A stretch of DNA of 64,000 nucleotides, taken from contig OY740801.1 in the NCBI GenBank assembly GCA_963514005.1, positions 19,406,001 to 19,470,000 of the forward strand, written 5' to 3'. This document shows positions 47,440 through 59,861 of this stretch, in pieces. The stretch comes from Raja brachyura. Lineage: Eukaryota. Position numbers and translations under genes: made by a program. Below the pieces are notes generated by a model. It searched no databases and was not told where the DNA came from. It saw only the letters and a list, made by a program, of their open reading frames with translations. Numbering within the stretch: position 1 is the first letter of the stretch; each line of letters begins with the position of its first letter.

Positions 47440-47795
47440 GTTGACATTATTGAGGTGTACAAGATCATGAAAGACAGCCTTTTTTTTCTCGCGTCAGATA
47501 ATTGTAAAACTAGAGAAATAGGCTTATTGAGAAAGGGGAGAGATTTAAAGGGGGACATCAAGGGCAACCTTTACACTGAGAGTGGTCCGTATTTAGAAAA
47601 ACCTGCCAGAGAAAGCTATCGAAGTGGATGCTGTTACACTTTTAAAATATATTTGTACAAATATTGGATAGGAAGGGTTTAGAAAGACACTGATTGGGCA
47701 AATGCACGCAAATGGGACTATCCCTGTATGCCAACTTCATTGGTATGGCCAAGGTGGGCCAAAGGGCCTGTTTCCATGCTGTAGAGCTCTATGAC
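47440..47795 (+). mobile_element. CR1 3' end, diverged
   Basis: IEVYKIMK..GRDLKGDIKGN; tail GGGCCAAAGGGCCTGTTTCCATGCTGTAGAGCTCTATGAC. Confidence 0.8.
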
Positions 47796-48149
47796 TTGGT
47801 GGTGAGCTCCTGGTTCTAGACTCCCTCAGCTGGAGGAGACATCCATTCGCCCCTAAAACCCTGCGAGATGGTCTGAACAACTGCAAAGAACCAATAGAGA
47901 CACTCTAGTCTGGCATCAGGATAATGAAAGAACGATGTCTGTGCTTCCTGACCACCAACAATTTCACGAGGTCACATGGAGATGGATGATCCTGGTCATC
48001 CATCCAGGCCCTCAGTGTTCATATATGAACTCAGGCTGATTGTTTGCATCTATCTAAACGAGGGTGATATTTATCTGCTCCTTTTGTGCGTGACATTCAT
48101 GCTTCGGTATTGATATTGGAGTTAGTTTATTATTGTACTGAGGGTTGTA

Positions 48150-48900
48150 CTCATATCCTGAATGTGAGCAGTAGCACTGTGACTACACTTGAACACACAG
48201 TCTGTTTGAATACATGTCTGAACATGCTTTGAGGACATGTCTGTACACACTGTGTGGGCAGATACCTGTACAAGCTCTGTATGAGTCATGTCTGAATACA
48301 TTGTGTGTGGATACATGTCTGTACAGACTTTGAGGGTATATGTCTGTACATATTCTGTATACGTGTCTGTGCAAACTGTATGAATACATGTCTGTGCACA
48401 CTCAGTTTGGGTACATGTTTGTGTGGGTGGGTGAGAACATGTGAGTACACCCCTACACACATACCATGAGCAGCGTGCATGTGTACACTGTAAATAGCCT
48501 GAGGGTGAACAGTGTGAGGGTTAGTACATTGCTGTACAGTCTGAGTGTGAGCCGTGCATCCCATTGTTAGTAATTTCCCATACACAAGCAATGTAAGTGA
48601 GCAGATGCATGCACACAGCTTCAGTGTGAACTGTGTGTGGGTCGGCACACATATGTACACTGTGGTTCATCACTATGTTTGAGTACATACATGAACAGCA
48701 CGGGGAGTAATGTTGCACACAATGAATGAGTGCACTCTTGTGCACATTCTGATTGTGTGCAGATTGTATGCACTCTGTGTGTGAGTACACAGCTGTACAC
48801 ACTGAGTGTGAGCAGTATGGGTGCACACGCTCCACATAAACAGTACATGTGAGGATATAGCTGTGCACTTTCTGTGAGTGGAGTGTGAATGCGAGTATAC
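48150..48900. repeat. Degenerate TG-rich minisatellite
   Basis: Recurrent TACATGTCTG and GTACAC words over ~750 bp. Confidence 0.75.
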
Positions 48901-50004
48901 AATATGATACGATAAAACTTTATTCATCCCTGGAGGGAATTTGGTGCCTGCATTCACACCCGTAAACATGAAGCAGCTTTGGCTCAGCCTCAGTACAAAA
49001 ATCTGAATGTCATTCAAGTGTGAATTCAGCTTGAGTGTACATAGGCTGCAGTCAGCAGCAACCTGAAGGAATAGTCACACAACACTTGTCTTATCGTACC
49101 AGCGGCAATGGAAACACGGAGAGAGTGAGGGCAGTTTCTCTCATATCCAAAGCTCTATCGCTGCACAACAGCATGCACACAATGCATTTCTCCTGCACGA
49201 CAGCGGGTGCGGAACCACTAGTATAACTCCCATCCCCTGATTCTATAATAATGCATTTGGCTGGTGCTTGAGAGCAACTCTAAAATGAAATGCTGATATG
49301 TTTTGCAGATATGACGCATGTAATTAAAAATATTCATATGCACTTGAGTTCACCTCATATAGAATTAATTATTTTAAAGTGCATCTCATGATATTATGTA
49401 AACAAATGAAATAGCCATCTTACATCTAGATGAGGAAATGGAGAACGCGTTATGAATATATTTTGGGATGTTTTGGAGTAAAACGAACCGAAGGCCATTC
49501 GGGGCCTTGAGCCTGTTCTCATCATTAATAACATCTTAAGAACAGGGATTTGGAATTAGCCTGATGGGCCCATCGAGAACGTGCTGCGTTGAATAGTTTC
49601 ATGGCTGAATTTCTATCTCCAACCTCTTCTCCAATCCTTTGGTCGGTTCCCTTGTTGCCCCAAAGAATCATCCAACATCCATGAAGAGACCCAATGACTT
49701 AACCTCAACACTCTGGGCAGCAGATTCCACATATTCACAGCATGCTACATGGAGATGTGTTTTTATTGCAGCTCGAATTGGCCAACCCATTATCATAACA
49801 TTATGACCCGGGTTCCCAACGCTCTGAGCACTTCCTCTATTTTCTCTTCAGAATTTTATAGGATTCAATTCCCGTTCTTCAAAACACTGGATAATATGCG
49901 CCTCTTTCATTCATTCCTCCCCTCAAAGATTCATGGTAACCTTCTCAAAGGGTCGTTGTAACTGCTCCGAGACGCGTTTGGTTGAGAGACCTAAATTCAG
50001 GGAA

Positions 50005-50192
50005 TAGACACATAATGTTGAAGAAAATAAATGGGTGACATTTCGGGTCAAGACCCTTCTTCAGACCGAAGTAGGACCAAAACATCACTGATTCTTTTTC
50101 TCAAGAGACGCTGCCTGACTCACTGATTTACTCCAGCATTTTTTCAGTCTATCTTCGGTGTAAACCAAGTTTCTGCAGTTCTTTCCTACACA
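50005..50192 (+). mobile_element. Penelope-derived fold-back insertion, diverged
   Basis: Inverted arm with GGTGACATTTCGGGTCAAGACCCTTCTTCAGAC; sense arm ending CTGCAGTTCTTTCCTACAC. Confidence 0.8.
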
Positions 50193-50329
50193 TAGGTTCA
50201 GGGAATGGTCTTGTAAATGTCCTTTGTAGCTACAAGTGGCCGTGCTACACCTGTATATGTAGTAGGCCATTGTACCCCTCACTGTGCTCTGTCATTCAGC
50301 AACATTGTGGTTGATCAATTCTCAGTCTT

Positions 50330-50690
50330 AGGATTTTATCTGCCCTCAGGATTGCATGAGTGCACCATGGTAATCTCCTACTCGTTCCACATCCATAACA
50401 CTACCAGATATCACCCCTGCCTCAGCTGAGACCTTGGACTACCTAGTCCATTGCACACCTGGCTGACTCAGCTACCTCTGTCCAAATGCCAAGAGCACTT
50501 CAAGCACCAACCTGGTGGCTGCTGACCTCCATTGGCTCCCAGTTAAGCAACACTTTAATTTTAAACTTCTCATGAAGAAGTTCCAACTCTGGCCTTATCC
50601 ACCCCACCACCACCTTAGTGTGTCCTCAAACCTACAACCCTACGATAGATTGGTTCTTCTCTGGGTCTGGGTTCCTGATAATTGATGTAC
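50330..50690 (+). mobile_element. Old L2 ORF2 C-terminal fragment
   Basis: GCTGACCTCCATTGGCTCCCAGTT (ADLHWLPV), an L2 motif. Confidence 0.65.
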
Positions 50691-51100
50691 CTTTGCATGT
50701 GAAAATCTAGTAAATGGAAAGCAAGGTGAGATCACACTTGTCGGTGAGCGGAATGAAAAGGCACAATCATTCTCTAAATGGAGAGGGACTGCAAACGAGT
50801 GACGTAGGTAATTACCGACATGAATCACCAAACGTTACCAGGCAGATCCAACAAATAATTAAAAGAGCAAACAGCATGTTAGTCTTTATTGTAAAGGAGT
50901 TAGTGTTTAAGGAAGAGAGGTTTTGTGATGGCTGTAAGGGTGTTGTTGATGGAGCCATAACTGTAACCTGTGCACAATTCTGATTCCCTTCCCTAAAAAA
51001 AGAATAGTGTAGCATTGGAGTTAGTCCAAAGGGGATTCAACCGGCTGATTCTTATGATGAGAGAGTACTTCTATCAAGAGAGGCTGGACAGTTTGAGTCT
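50690..51100 (+). mobile_element. Old CR1 RT fragment
   Basis: IIKRANSML and LELVQRGFNRLI..YQERLDSL. Confidence 0.7.
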
Positions 51101-51244
51101 GGCACGGAAGAGGCCTGAGAGGACAGTGGTCTACTGCTATTCCTCTTTTCTTGTGTTCATGGAATTCCTCCACTTTAACCATTGCACGTCTCTTTCTTCC
51201 TTTGAGAAATTCCTTCAGACTTACCTCCTGGAACGTTGGGTCAT

Positions 51245-51590
51245 TAGAAATAGAAGCAGGAGTGTGCCAAAGGAACCACTTCACCTGTTGATCTCCTACT
51301 TCATACCCACCACCTACCTGCCTGATTCCCATGTTCATTGATTCCCTTTGGAGCCAAAAAACAGTTGAACGTATTCAATGACCAAACCTCAGCATTGCCC
51401 AATCTTTCACATATTTATCCATCTTAAATATAGCTCGTGATTAGCCTTCACCACCTTCTGGAGAGAGAATTCTAGGGAATCACGCCTCGGAGAGATTAAA
51501 TGGCTGCGTACCTCTGTCATTTATTTTTTAGCTGTGCTCCCTTGTACATGACTCTTGTACTTATGAAAATATCTCAACATCTACACTGAC
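51245..51590 (-). mobile_element. Old CR1 3' end
   Basis: TAGAAATAGAAGCAGGAGT..CACCTTCTGGAGAGAGAATTC. Confidence 0.55.
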
Positions 51591-51914
51591 AAAGCCGATG
51601 GTAGCAGCGAGATCAGAGCGTGGTCGGGATAGTGTTAATCTTTGATGATATCAGCTACATGTTTGAGGTATTGCTTCATGTAGATCACTTTAATATTGGG
51701 TAGGGATCGGGGTCAGGAGTGAACACGATGCCGTAGCAGTGGGCCAGTAAGCCTGGTCCTTATTAATTGCTGTGGTCAGCCCCACACTCCAGCTCATTGG
51801 GAAAAGCCTGCACTTTGCGTGCACAAATGGATTTTACCTTGCATTCCATCTGATGTCATGCACTGACAACTTTCTGTGTCATGCACAGGAAGAAACTCAA
51901 ACCAATGGTAGAGA

Positions 51915-52040
51915 CAATAGACTATAGATGCAGGAGTAGGCCATTCGTCTCTTTGAGCCAGCATCGCCATTCAATGTGATCATGGCTGATCATCCACAAT
52001 CAGTACCTCGTTCCTGCCTTCTCCCCATATCCCTTGACTC
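51915..52040 (-). mobile_element. CR1 3' tail
   Basis: TGCAGGAGTAGGCCATTCG..ATCATGGCTGATCATCC..TTCTCCCCATATCCCTTGACTCC. Confidence 0.85.
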
Positions 52041-52074
52041 CTCCCCCTCCCCCTCCCCCCCCCCCCCCCCCTCC

Positions 52075-52745
52075 CCTGCCACCATTGGGAGGAAGGTACA
52101 GGAGTCTCAAGGCCATAAAATCCAGGTTTAACAGCTTATTCCCATCACCCAACAGGCTAAAGTAATTTACTTTAGTGATACAGTGCAGAAACAGGCCCTT
52201 GGATCCACCAAGTCCACACTGACTAGCGATCACCCCATACACTAGCACTATCCTACACAGCAGGGACAATTTACTATTTTACCAAAGCCAATCAACCTAC
52301 AAACCTGTACGTCTTTAGAGTGTGGGAGGAAACCGGAGCACCCGGCAAAAAACCTATGCAATCACAGGGAGAACGTACAAACTCTGTACAGATGGCACCT
52401 GTAGTCAGGATTGAACCCAAGTCTCCGGGACTGCAAGGCAGCGACTCTACTGCAGCACCACAGTACCACCCACAATGTTCTTGAATCACCCAGCACAGCT
52501 CTAACCACAATCCTACCTCAGCATTGTACTACTTTAGAGTTTGTTTTGGTTGCACTCTTTACTTTGGCTTGACTATTATGGTCTGGCTACATGGAATAAC
52601 TGATAATTGATTGTATTATTTTATTACTGTATATTTATTTGTTGCATTGTTACATTTAATGTGCTTGTGAAGCTGCACCAATTAAGAATTTCATTGATCC
52701 AGTCCTGGTGCATGTAACTATTTAACACTTTTGATTCTCTTGGCT
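52075..52745 (+). mobile_element. Rex1/Babar 3' end interrupted by a SINE
   Basis: LPPLGGRYRSLKAIKSRF..FP motif at ~52077-52157; the 3' UTR resumes after 52470. Confidence 0.65.
52168..52470 (-). mobile_element. HE1-like SINE
   Basis: Closely similar to 8210-8510. Confidence 0.9.
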
Positions 52746-53870
52746 CTTAACTCCCTGCAGATGCAGTCAGGGTCTCCCCTCTATGTCCCACTCCACCTCT
52801 CAAACACAAATGCTTGCATCTTCCAACTCCACCTATCCATGCCCAAGTCCCCACATGACAACTTCCAAACCCTGCCTGACCCTCTCTTACACCACATGAT
52901 CTTTCTCCAACACCACCTCTCACCTCCCTTCACCTTTCAACCCCTGTGTAATCATTCCACTAAATCACTTGGTCTAATGCTCAAGGCCTCTTCTCCTGAC
53001 CCCTCACCTCATTCACCTCCCAATCCCAGCCCAACCCTTCCGCCACGTCACCTGATGCATGCCCACCTCCTGACCCCCCCTTTATATCACATAATTTCCA
53101 GCATCCGCCCCACCCTCACACTATCTATTCCATGCCCAGCCCCCTCCCCCCTCCTCTCTCTAGCCCAATCACCAAATCCTTGTCCAGTCCTCCCACCATA
53201 GCCCTGTTATCACACCTTGACCTCCCATCAGACCACTCAATCCATGCTCCACTCCAGTCCGCACCACTCCCCAAACATATGTATCAATCATGGGCCCTGA
53301 AATCAATCTTAAATCTCCATTTCCAGTCTTTTGAGCTTCTGCCCCAAGTTCTGGCTATGTCCAGGTTCCATCCACACCATTGAGATCCTGAGAGGTTGGC
53401 TCTTAAGCCAAGCTATTGGCTGAAATCTCTAAAATGTTAGTGCTTATTTCATTCAATAATGCTCCCGAGAAACCCCGGAGACATCTTAAAAGGTTAGCGA
53501 TCTCTAAATGCTGTTGTCATTGAGAAAGTCCAGAATCTCCTTTATCTCGTCTGACCCAAGCTTTCTAATGCATGTGAGAAGAACATTGGTAGAGATCTTA
53601 CAACAAATACCCCTGGACCTCTTGCAGAAGATGTTGGGTGATTTAGCCAAAGCACTCGAATTGGTGTGCAGCACCTCAGCTTGACGTTGCAGCCAAAGTA
53701 TGATGTCTATGACAATCCTTTAGTTATCAGTTGATCAAAAGGACCTTTGCACCTTGTTGGAACTGAGCAAATTGTGAGAAGCATGGAGTTTAGGAAGCAG
53801 AGGGGACAGTGATGATGATCTAACATCTGAACAATCGCTCAGTGATTTTCTTCCTCTCTTGCTATTACAG

Positions 53871-53955
53871 GTGAAGATGAGCAGTATCCTGCCTTGGTCT
53901 TACTTCAGTGAGATTGGAAACTCTTCAAAAAGACAGCTAGCTCTGTGGATCTGAG
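53871..53955 (+). other. Candidate 85-nt exon (non-coding or uORF-containing)
   Basis: Polypyrimidine tract TTTTCTTCCTCTCTTGCTATTACAG upstream and GAG|GTAAGA donor downstream; stops in all three frames. Confidence 0.3.
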
Positions 53956-56399
53956 GTAAGAGTTCTATGTCACCTGTCCAACGACAATGCGCATTGTTCA
54001 ATATCTTTAACAGTTTGATTTACAAAAGACATCCTTTCGTCAGTTCCTCAGGGGTTGCAAGTCACATTGTCCACTATTTACACCTTTTAAACAACTTGAA
54101 AAGAACTGGGCAAGGAGTAACAGTTGAGATTTGTCACAATTTTAGTTAATGTTGGGCTGATTCTGAAAAGGTTTCATCTCCCAAATCCTTTAGAAAAGCC
54201 ATAATTTCTGCTTTATTGTGCAAAGCAGGATCTTTGAGAGCATATCTATTTATGCAGTGATCTAAAGGCTAACATTATTCACACTAAAAGCATTTGCCTG
54301 CAGGCTTTTAAATCGTTCCCTGCACTAGAAAATATCAGTTTTACGAGTTTATGTGGAGAAGCTTTGAAAGAAATACCATTAAAACTCTCCAATTTGTTCT
54401 CCCGCTCTCTCCCTGTCTCCATCTTCTACTCTTATGTTCTCTCCTTCCCCTTTCCCTACCTCCACCCCCTCGATCTGTACCACCTCTCTCCCTTTCCCTC
54501 TCTATGTCCCTCCTCTCTCCCCTCCATTACTTCCTCACTCCTCTCTCATTCTCACTTTCCCTCCCCCCCTCCCCCCGCTAAAAAATGCTGACGTTGTCAG
54601 GATTTGAGTATTTGGACACTTCTCCCTCTTCTCATGGAATTTCTTCCCACCTTGACTCGGATGCTGAAGTCACCAGCATATTCCAACATCTCCCCTTGTC
54701 TTTGCCCAACATCTGCAAACTCATCTTTATCAACTGGGGCTCAGGGACAGGACCACAGAATCATTCAGGGCCTGGTGTGGTCACGGGCTGTTTGACCCAG
54801 CTAATCAACTGCGGTGTTACATCTCTCACAAGCTTCCTCACACTCCTTTACAGCTCAGCATACTGTCATTTTTCTTTCCTTCATAATGTATTTATCTGTT
54901 GCTCATCCCTACCATTACAGCCACTCTCTGGGTAAAGACCTTGATCCTCACCTTGGTCCTGGATTTAGAAGCTCATTTATATTAATGGTCTTTGACTTTT
55001 GACTTGCCACATTTAAAGGATATCTGTTGCTCTCCCTAACTGTCACGGCCACCCCACCATTACATGAACCTCCTCCTCTATTAATTAGCTGAACTAATTC
55101 AGTTAGGGGATCTACTTGAAACCAGCCTGATATGTGCAGCTCTGTGATGGTCCTGGGCATTGCATTTACCAACAGAAAGCTGATCAGTTGTTTACTTACC
55201 ACCCTCTGAATGAGATAGATTCACCACATCCTGCATCCTAAACCCCTCTCGATATCCATGGTATGTTGAAGCAGGCATTAAGACCTTGCTGAAGTGGTCA
55301 ATAATGGACAAGCACATTGAACCATGTACAACTCTTTGTCAGATTTCAGCGGGGCCCAGCTGCTCTCTCATTCCCAACAACAGCTTTTTGTAAAAAAAAA
55401 AATTCCCATCCTCTGATCTCCATTCATGCCTCCTTGTATATTAAACACATACAGACACCAATATCATTCCAATACCTTGTCAGTGATGGTTAGTTTGAAC
55501 AGAGCCATCAATGATCCACAGCAAGATGGGATACAGGAGTGCCAGTGACTGCCCTATCTTCCAGTCAGTCCAACATCCTTCTCACCCACAAGTTGATAAC
55601 CTGACACTTCCCAGTCGGTGGTCCATTAACCTTTACCACAGACATAGATTCATCCCCTTCTGTCATTGTGTCCTGCCCAGCTAGTACACTAGAACACTTC
55701 TGGACAGCATTGACATACAACATGTCTTTTGTTGCTACAGCTGAATGCACAAGCAGCATTAAAAGCCTGGTTAATGATTGCCTAGTGGTGCCCCAGCCCA
55801 TAGCCAGTTCCCAAAAGGATGGATGGAGCTGCAGGGTGCAGAGGAAGGGCAGTAATCAAAAGCAATAAAAGGTCAGGAAAGAGGAAGAAAGGTGTGGGGG
55901 ATCATAGAGACACACAACAGCGAGTGACAAAAGCTGAATAACTCAGTGAGGGCGAGGAGGAGGCTCTGGCAGGGAAGTGAAATACCAGGAGAAGCTCAAA
56001 GGCCAATGAAGGATAAATGAAGGAGCTTGTTTCCCCCTAAGACTGTGTTAAGACAACATCTGCAACCTACATTTGAACAGTGGCATAGACTAGTGTAAGC
56101 TTGCAAAGCAATACAACCTGAAATAGGTAACTTCACTTGCAGTGTCCATCTGGAAATGTCCACTGCCCAATACCCCAAGTATATTGTTTCTTCGTCATAT
56201 GTTAAAGTATTGACTCCTGCTGTGAAACAATCCCACAGATCTGATAAGTTGCCTCAGCCACATAACTATTCTAAGTAAATGATGTCAGCTCTGGAAGATG
56301 AAAGAGCCAAAACCTTTTTTTTAAAATCTCAGATATGCAGAGCAGCAGAAAGTTGGGAATATATCTGTCATCTGAGGAAAGATTGAGTTGTCATGGACT

Positions 56400-57065
56400 C
56401 TATTGTCCGTAGGAGAATGGGAAGTTATCTCAATGAAATGCATTCAATGTGGTGTTTGGGAAGTCCAGAGAGCAGTCCTGAACTATTATCCTGATGACCC
56501 TCGGAATATCTTTGATCAGACTTTACTGGCTTTAACTTAGCGCTAAACGTTATTCCCATATCATGTATCTTGTAAATGGCTCGATTGTAATCATGTATTC
56601 TCTTTCCGCTGACTGGTTAGCACACAACAAAAGCTTTTCTCTGTGATAATAAGCTTTTCACTGTGACACATGACAATAAACTAACTAAATTGTACTAAGT
56701 CCAGAACAAGGATCACATTTTAGCTTGTAGAAGACTGAAATGAGGAGACATTTTTTCACACAAGGATAGTCATCTTTGGAAGGGGGATGTGGAGCCTCAG
56801 TAATTGATTGCGTTCTAAACTAAGATCACTATTTCTGGATAATAAAGGAATCAAAGGATTTGGGGATCAAGCAGGAAAGTGGTTCTTGAGGAGGTAGATC
56901 GACCATGATAGACACAAAATGCTGGAGTAACTCAGCGGGACAGGCAGCATCTCTGGAGAGAAGGAATGGGTGATGATTTAATCCAGCATCTGCAGTTCCT
57001 TCCTATACAAGACTGGCCATGACCTTGTCAGAGATCAGACCTAGTGTGAAGGGCCAAATGGCCTA
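56400..57065 (+). mobile_element. Old CR1 3' end with two nested insertions
   Basis: GGGAAGTCCAGA..ACAAGGATCAC..GAAATGAGGAGACATTTTTTCACACA..GAAGGGCCAAATGGCCTACT; interrupted at 56470-56696 and ~56908-57008 (Penelope pLTR piece). Confidence 0.7.
56470..56696 (+). mobile_element. Rex1-like LINE 3' UTR insertion with 9-bp TSD
   Basis: TSD AAGTCCAGA at 56461-56469 and 56697-56705; ends GCTTTTCACTGTGACACATGACAATAAACTAACT. Confidence 0.65.
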
Positions 57066-57109
57066 CTTTAAAAGAGAGTATTTTATTTCTACTCCTTGCC
57101 TTGAGAAAG

Positions 57110-57522
57110 TGATGGAGAGGTAAAACTGAGCGATCCAGTCACATGGACAGAAAAGGCCACCTGGCAATTGTTTTGAGGAGCAGTGGGGGGGTTGGAGGGG
57201 AGTGTTATTCTAAAGGGCCTGTCCCACCAGCATGTGATTGCATGCATCTAGCGCAACCAAATGTGGTCGCTTGAGGCGTACAGCCTCGCGGGGTCCGTCC
57301 CACCGATCAGCGGAGTTGTATGGAGTTGTGCGGGGCTGGTCCCGACATCATTCCTCGAACAATACCCGAAAGGAGATTATCTGGTTATTTTCCTTCCCTG
57401 CTTTGCGAGCCTGCTGTGCATAATTTGTTTCCAGCAAAAAATTATATTTAAGAGCCCTGTTGTCTATAAAGCCATTTGGACGTGCTGAGGTTTTGGAAGG
57501 CACCATATCTATGCAAGTTCTT
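57110..57522 (+). mobile_element. Deu-domain SINE interrupted by a MITE fragment
   Basis: AGATTATCTGGTTATT..GCCTGCTGTGCATAATT..TGGACGTGCTGAGG..ATGCAAGTTCTT. Confidence 0.6.
57214..57350. mobile_element. MITE one-end fragment
   Basis: TAA|AGGGCCTGTCCCAC terminus shared with 29934; CpG-rich body; no second TIR. Confidence 0.6.
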
Positions 57523-57994
57523 GCCTGCGCTTAAGTTAGGATAAGGCAAGGAGACACAGACCGAGGAGCCTCACACAGTGTTTCACTGTGGGGTGCAACA
57601 ACAAATACGTCCTCACTATTTATTTGGTTTGCTTGGTTAGACTGGTTCACCGAGTCCCCTTGCTGTGCTCACGTTTGTAGTCAACATCTGACAGGCTGTG
57701 CTGAAACAATCAGGCACTTGATAAGATCGCTTCTTTTGGAACAAGATGAAATTGTGTCTTGAAGACGATGGCAATTTAATAAGTTGTCAGTCAGGGCTCG
57801 GCCGAAAGTGAGGAGTGAAATACATTACATTTCACCTTTTAGATCTATTTTCTGGAATGGGTTGACACTTCTGATGGTTATGAATTCCAGGTTTCTTTTC
57901 CCACATTCCTAATACAGGCAAATGGGATTAGAGCAAAAATGTCAGCATGAACATTATGAGCCAAAAGGCCTGTTTCTCTGAAGACAAATACAGT

Positions 57995-58390
57995 AACTGG
58001 AGAAACTCAGCGAGTCAGGCAGCATCTCTGGAGAAAAGGAATTGGTGATGTTTTGGGTTGAGATCCTTCTTCAGACTGAGAGTCAGGGGAACGGGAAATG
58101 GTATAATGAAAAGGTACAAGGATAAAATGAATGAAAGGTATGCAAAAGTACAAATCAAAGCCAGTAATGATAATCAAGGAAAGGTGGAGCCCACAATGGT
58201 CCATTGTTGGCTGTGGAAAAGGTGATAACAAGTGGATACAAACAGTGAAAGTCAGCAGGGCGACAGTGAAACTAGTACAATGACTAGGGCGGGAGAGAGA
58301 GAGGTAATGCAAGGGTTACTTGAAGATCGAGCAATCAATATTTATTCTATTGGGTTTTAAACTTCCCAGAAGAAATACGAGGTGCTTTTC
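57995..58390 (-). mobile_element. Penelope 3' UTR and pLTR with the end of the endonuclease ORF
   Basis: pLTR with a decayed hammerhead (CTGAAGAAGGATCTCAACCCAAAACATC on minus). GTTACTTGAAG..TCAATATTTATTC..AATACGAGGTGCT parallels 12700-12780. Confidence 0.8.
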
Positions 58391-58747
58391 TCTGCTGTAC
58401 AACTCAAAGACACAATCTCAGCCCCTCCCTCTACTTGCTTTATGCTGAGATCACTATTCAACACTCCATCTCTTGCTCTCACTCTGAAGCCCTCTGGTAA
58501 TGTCGGCCTACACAGCTCGCACGAGGATTGACAGCTCAAGAGTTGTGTTGCCTGACTGACTGATCTTCCCCCCGTTCTTTGTGCTGATTATGTCCCACAC
58601 TCACCAGCTCCGGATTCCATCTGTATCTTGCAATTAAAACAAACCACATCTGTGTTATAGCGTTCAAAACAAAACTCAGAAAAATAACTCCAGACAATTG
58701 CACACAAATTATCAACCCACTCAAGTTTTATGAATAAATGTCAAATA

Positions 58748-58761
58748 TTTACCATGGCAAC
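58748..58761. promoter_or_regulatory. RFX X-box-like motif
   Basis: TTTACCATGGCAAC, one mismatch from GTTACCATGGCAAC, in non-repeat sequence. Confidence 0.3.
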
Positions 58762-59640
58762 AGCTCCACAAACTTCATCCTTCACAAAAGCTATTCACTA
58801 TAAGCTATCTGAAGGGGAAAGCAAGGGTTAAGGTCACAACACTAATCGCTGTTCTGCGTACAGAGAAATAGTGAAGACCTGATTATCAATTACAATGTCG
58901 ACTGTCCATTTCCCTCTACAGATGCTACTTGACCCACTGAGTTCCTCTAGCAGATTGTTGTGTTGCTTCAGATTTCGGCAGCTGAAAGCCCTTGTGTCTC
59001 TATAAATTATATATACCATATTTATAATCAATAATTATAAATCAGGGTGATTTAGATCTTGGGATTTGACATCAGCAGGAATGTCAGAATGGAAGTTGTT
59101 GTTTGACCCTTCTCTTGAAAAAGACTTTGGGGAATGGACTTCAGCGGTTCAATGACATGCTGAAATATATGGAGTAGCGAGCTAAGTGTTCCTTCTTGCC
59201 CTCCTAACCAAAAATGTTGAAGAGGGCAAAGCCATAGACATTTGTCTATATGGACCAGGCTGCTCTGGAAGATTAGATCAAAGGGGATCCAGGGAGAGAG
59301 GGGATCCGATTGGATAGAGAATTGGCTTCCTGGAAGGAAGCAGAAGGTGATAGTGGAACGTTATTTTTCAGACTGGAGGCCTGTGACTGGTGGTGTGCCT
59401 CAGGGATAGATGCTGGGCCCATTGATGTTTGCAGTTTATATGAACAATTTTGATGAGCATATACAAAGCATGATTAGTACATTTTCAGATGACATTAACA
59501 TGGGTGGTATCATAGATAGCGAAGATGGTTATCAAAAATTACAGCAGAATCTTGATCAGCTGGGCAAGTGGGCTGAGGAATGAAGGTAAGTGTGAAGTGT
59601 GCCATTTTTGGAGGTCAAATCAGGGTAGTACCTTCACAGT

Positions 59641-59861
59641 GTTAAAGAAGGAACTGCAGATGCTGGAAAATCGAGGGTACACAAAATGCTGGAGAAACTC
59701 AGCGGGTGCAGCAGCATCTATGGAGCGAACGAGATAGGCAACGTTTCGACCCATTTTTAAAAAATGGTCTGAAGAAGGGTTTCAGCCCGAAACGTTGCCT
59801 ATCTCCTTCGCTCCATAGATGCTGCTGCACCCGCTGAGTTTCTTCAGCATTTTGTGTACCC
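59641..59861 (-). mobile_element. Penelope-derived fold-back micro-insertion with 15-bp TSD
   Basis: TSD TAGTACCTTCACAGT at 59626-59640 and 59862-59876; inverted arms around a CCATTTTTAAAAAATGG centre. Confidence 0.93.
59769..59796 (+). ncRNA. Minimal type-I hammerhead ribozyme motif
   Basis: GGT-CTGAAGA-A-GGGTT TC AGCCC-GAAAC-GTT-GCC: intact core, helix II retained with a G-U pair, GUU cleavage triplet. Confidence 0.6.
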
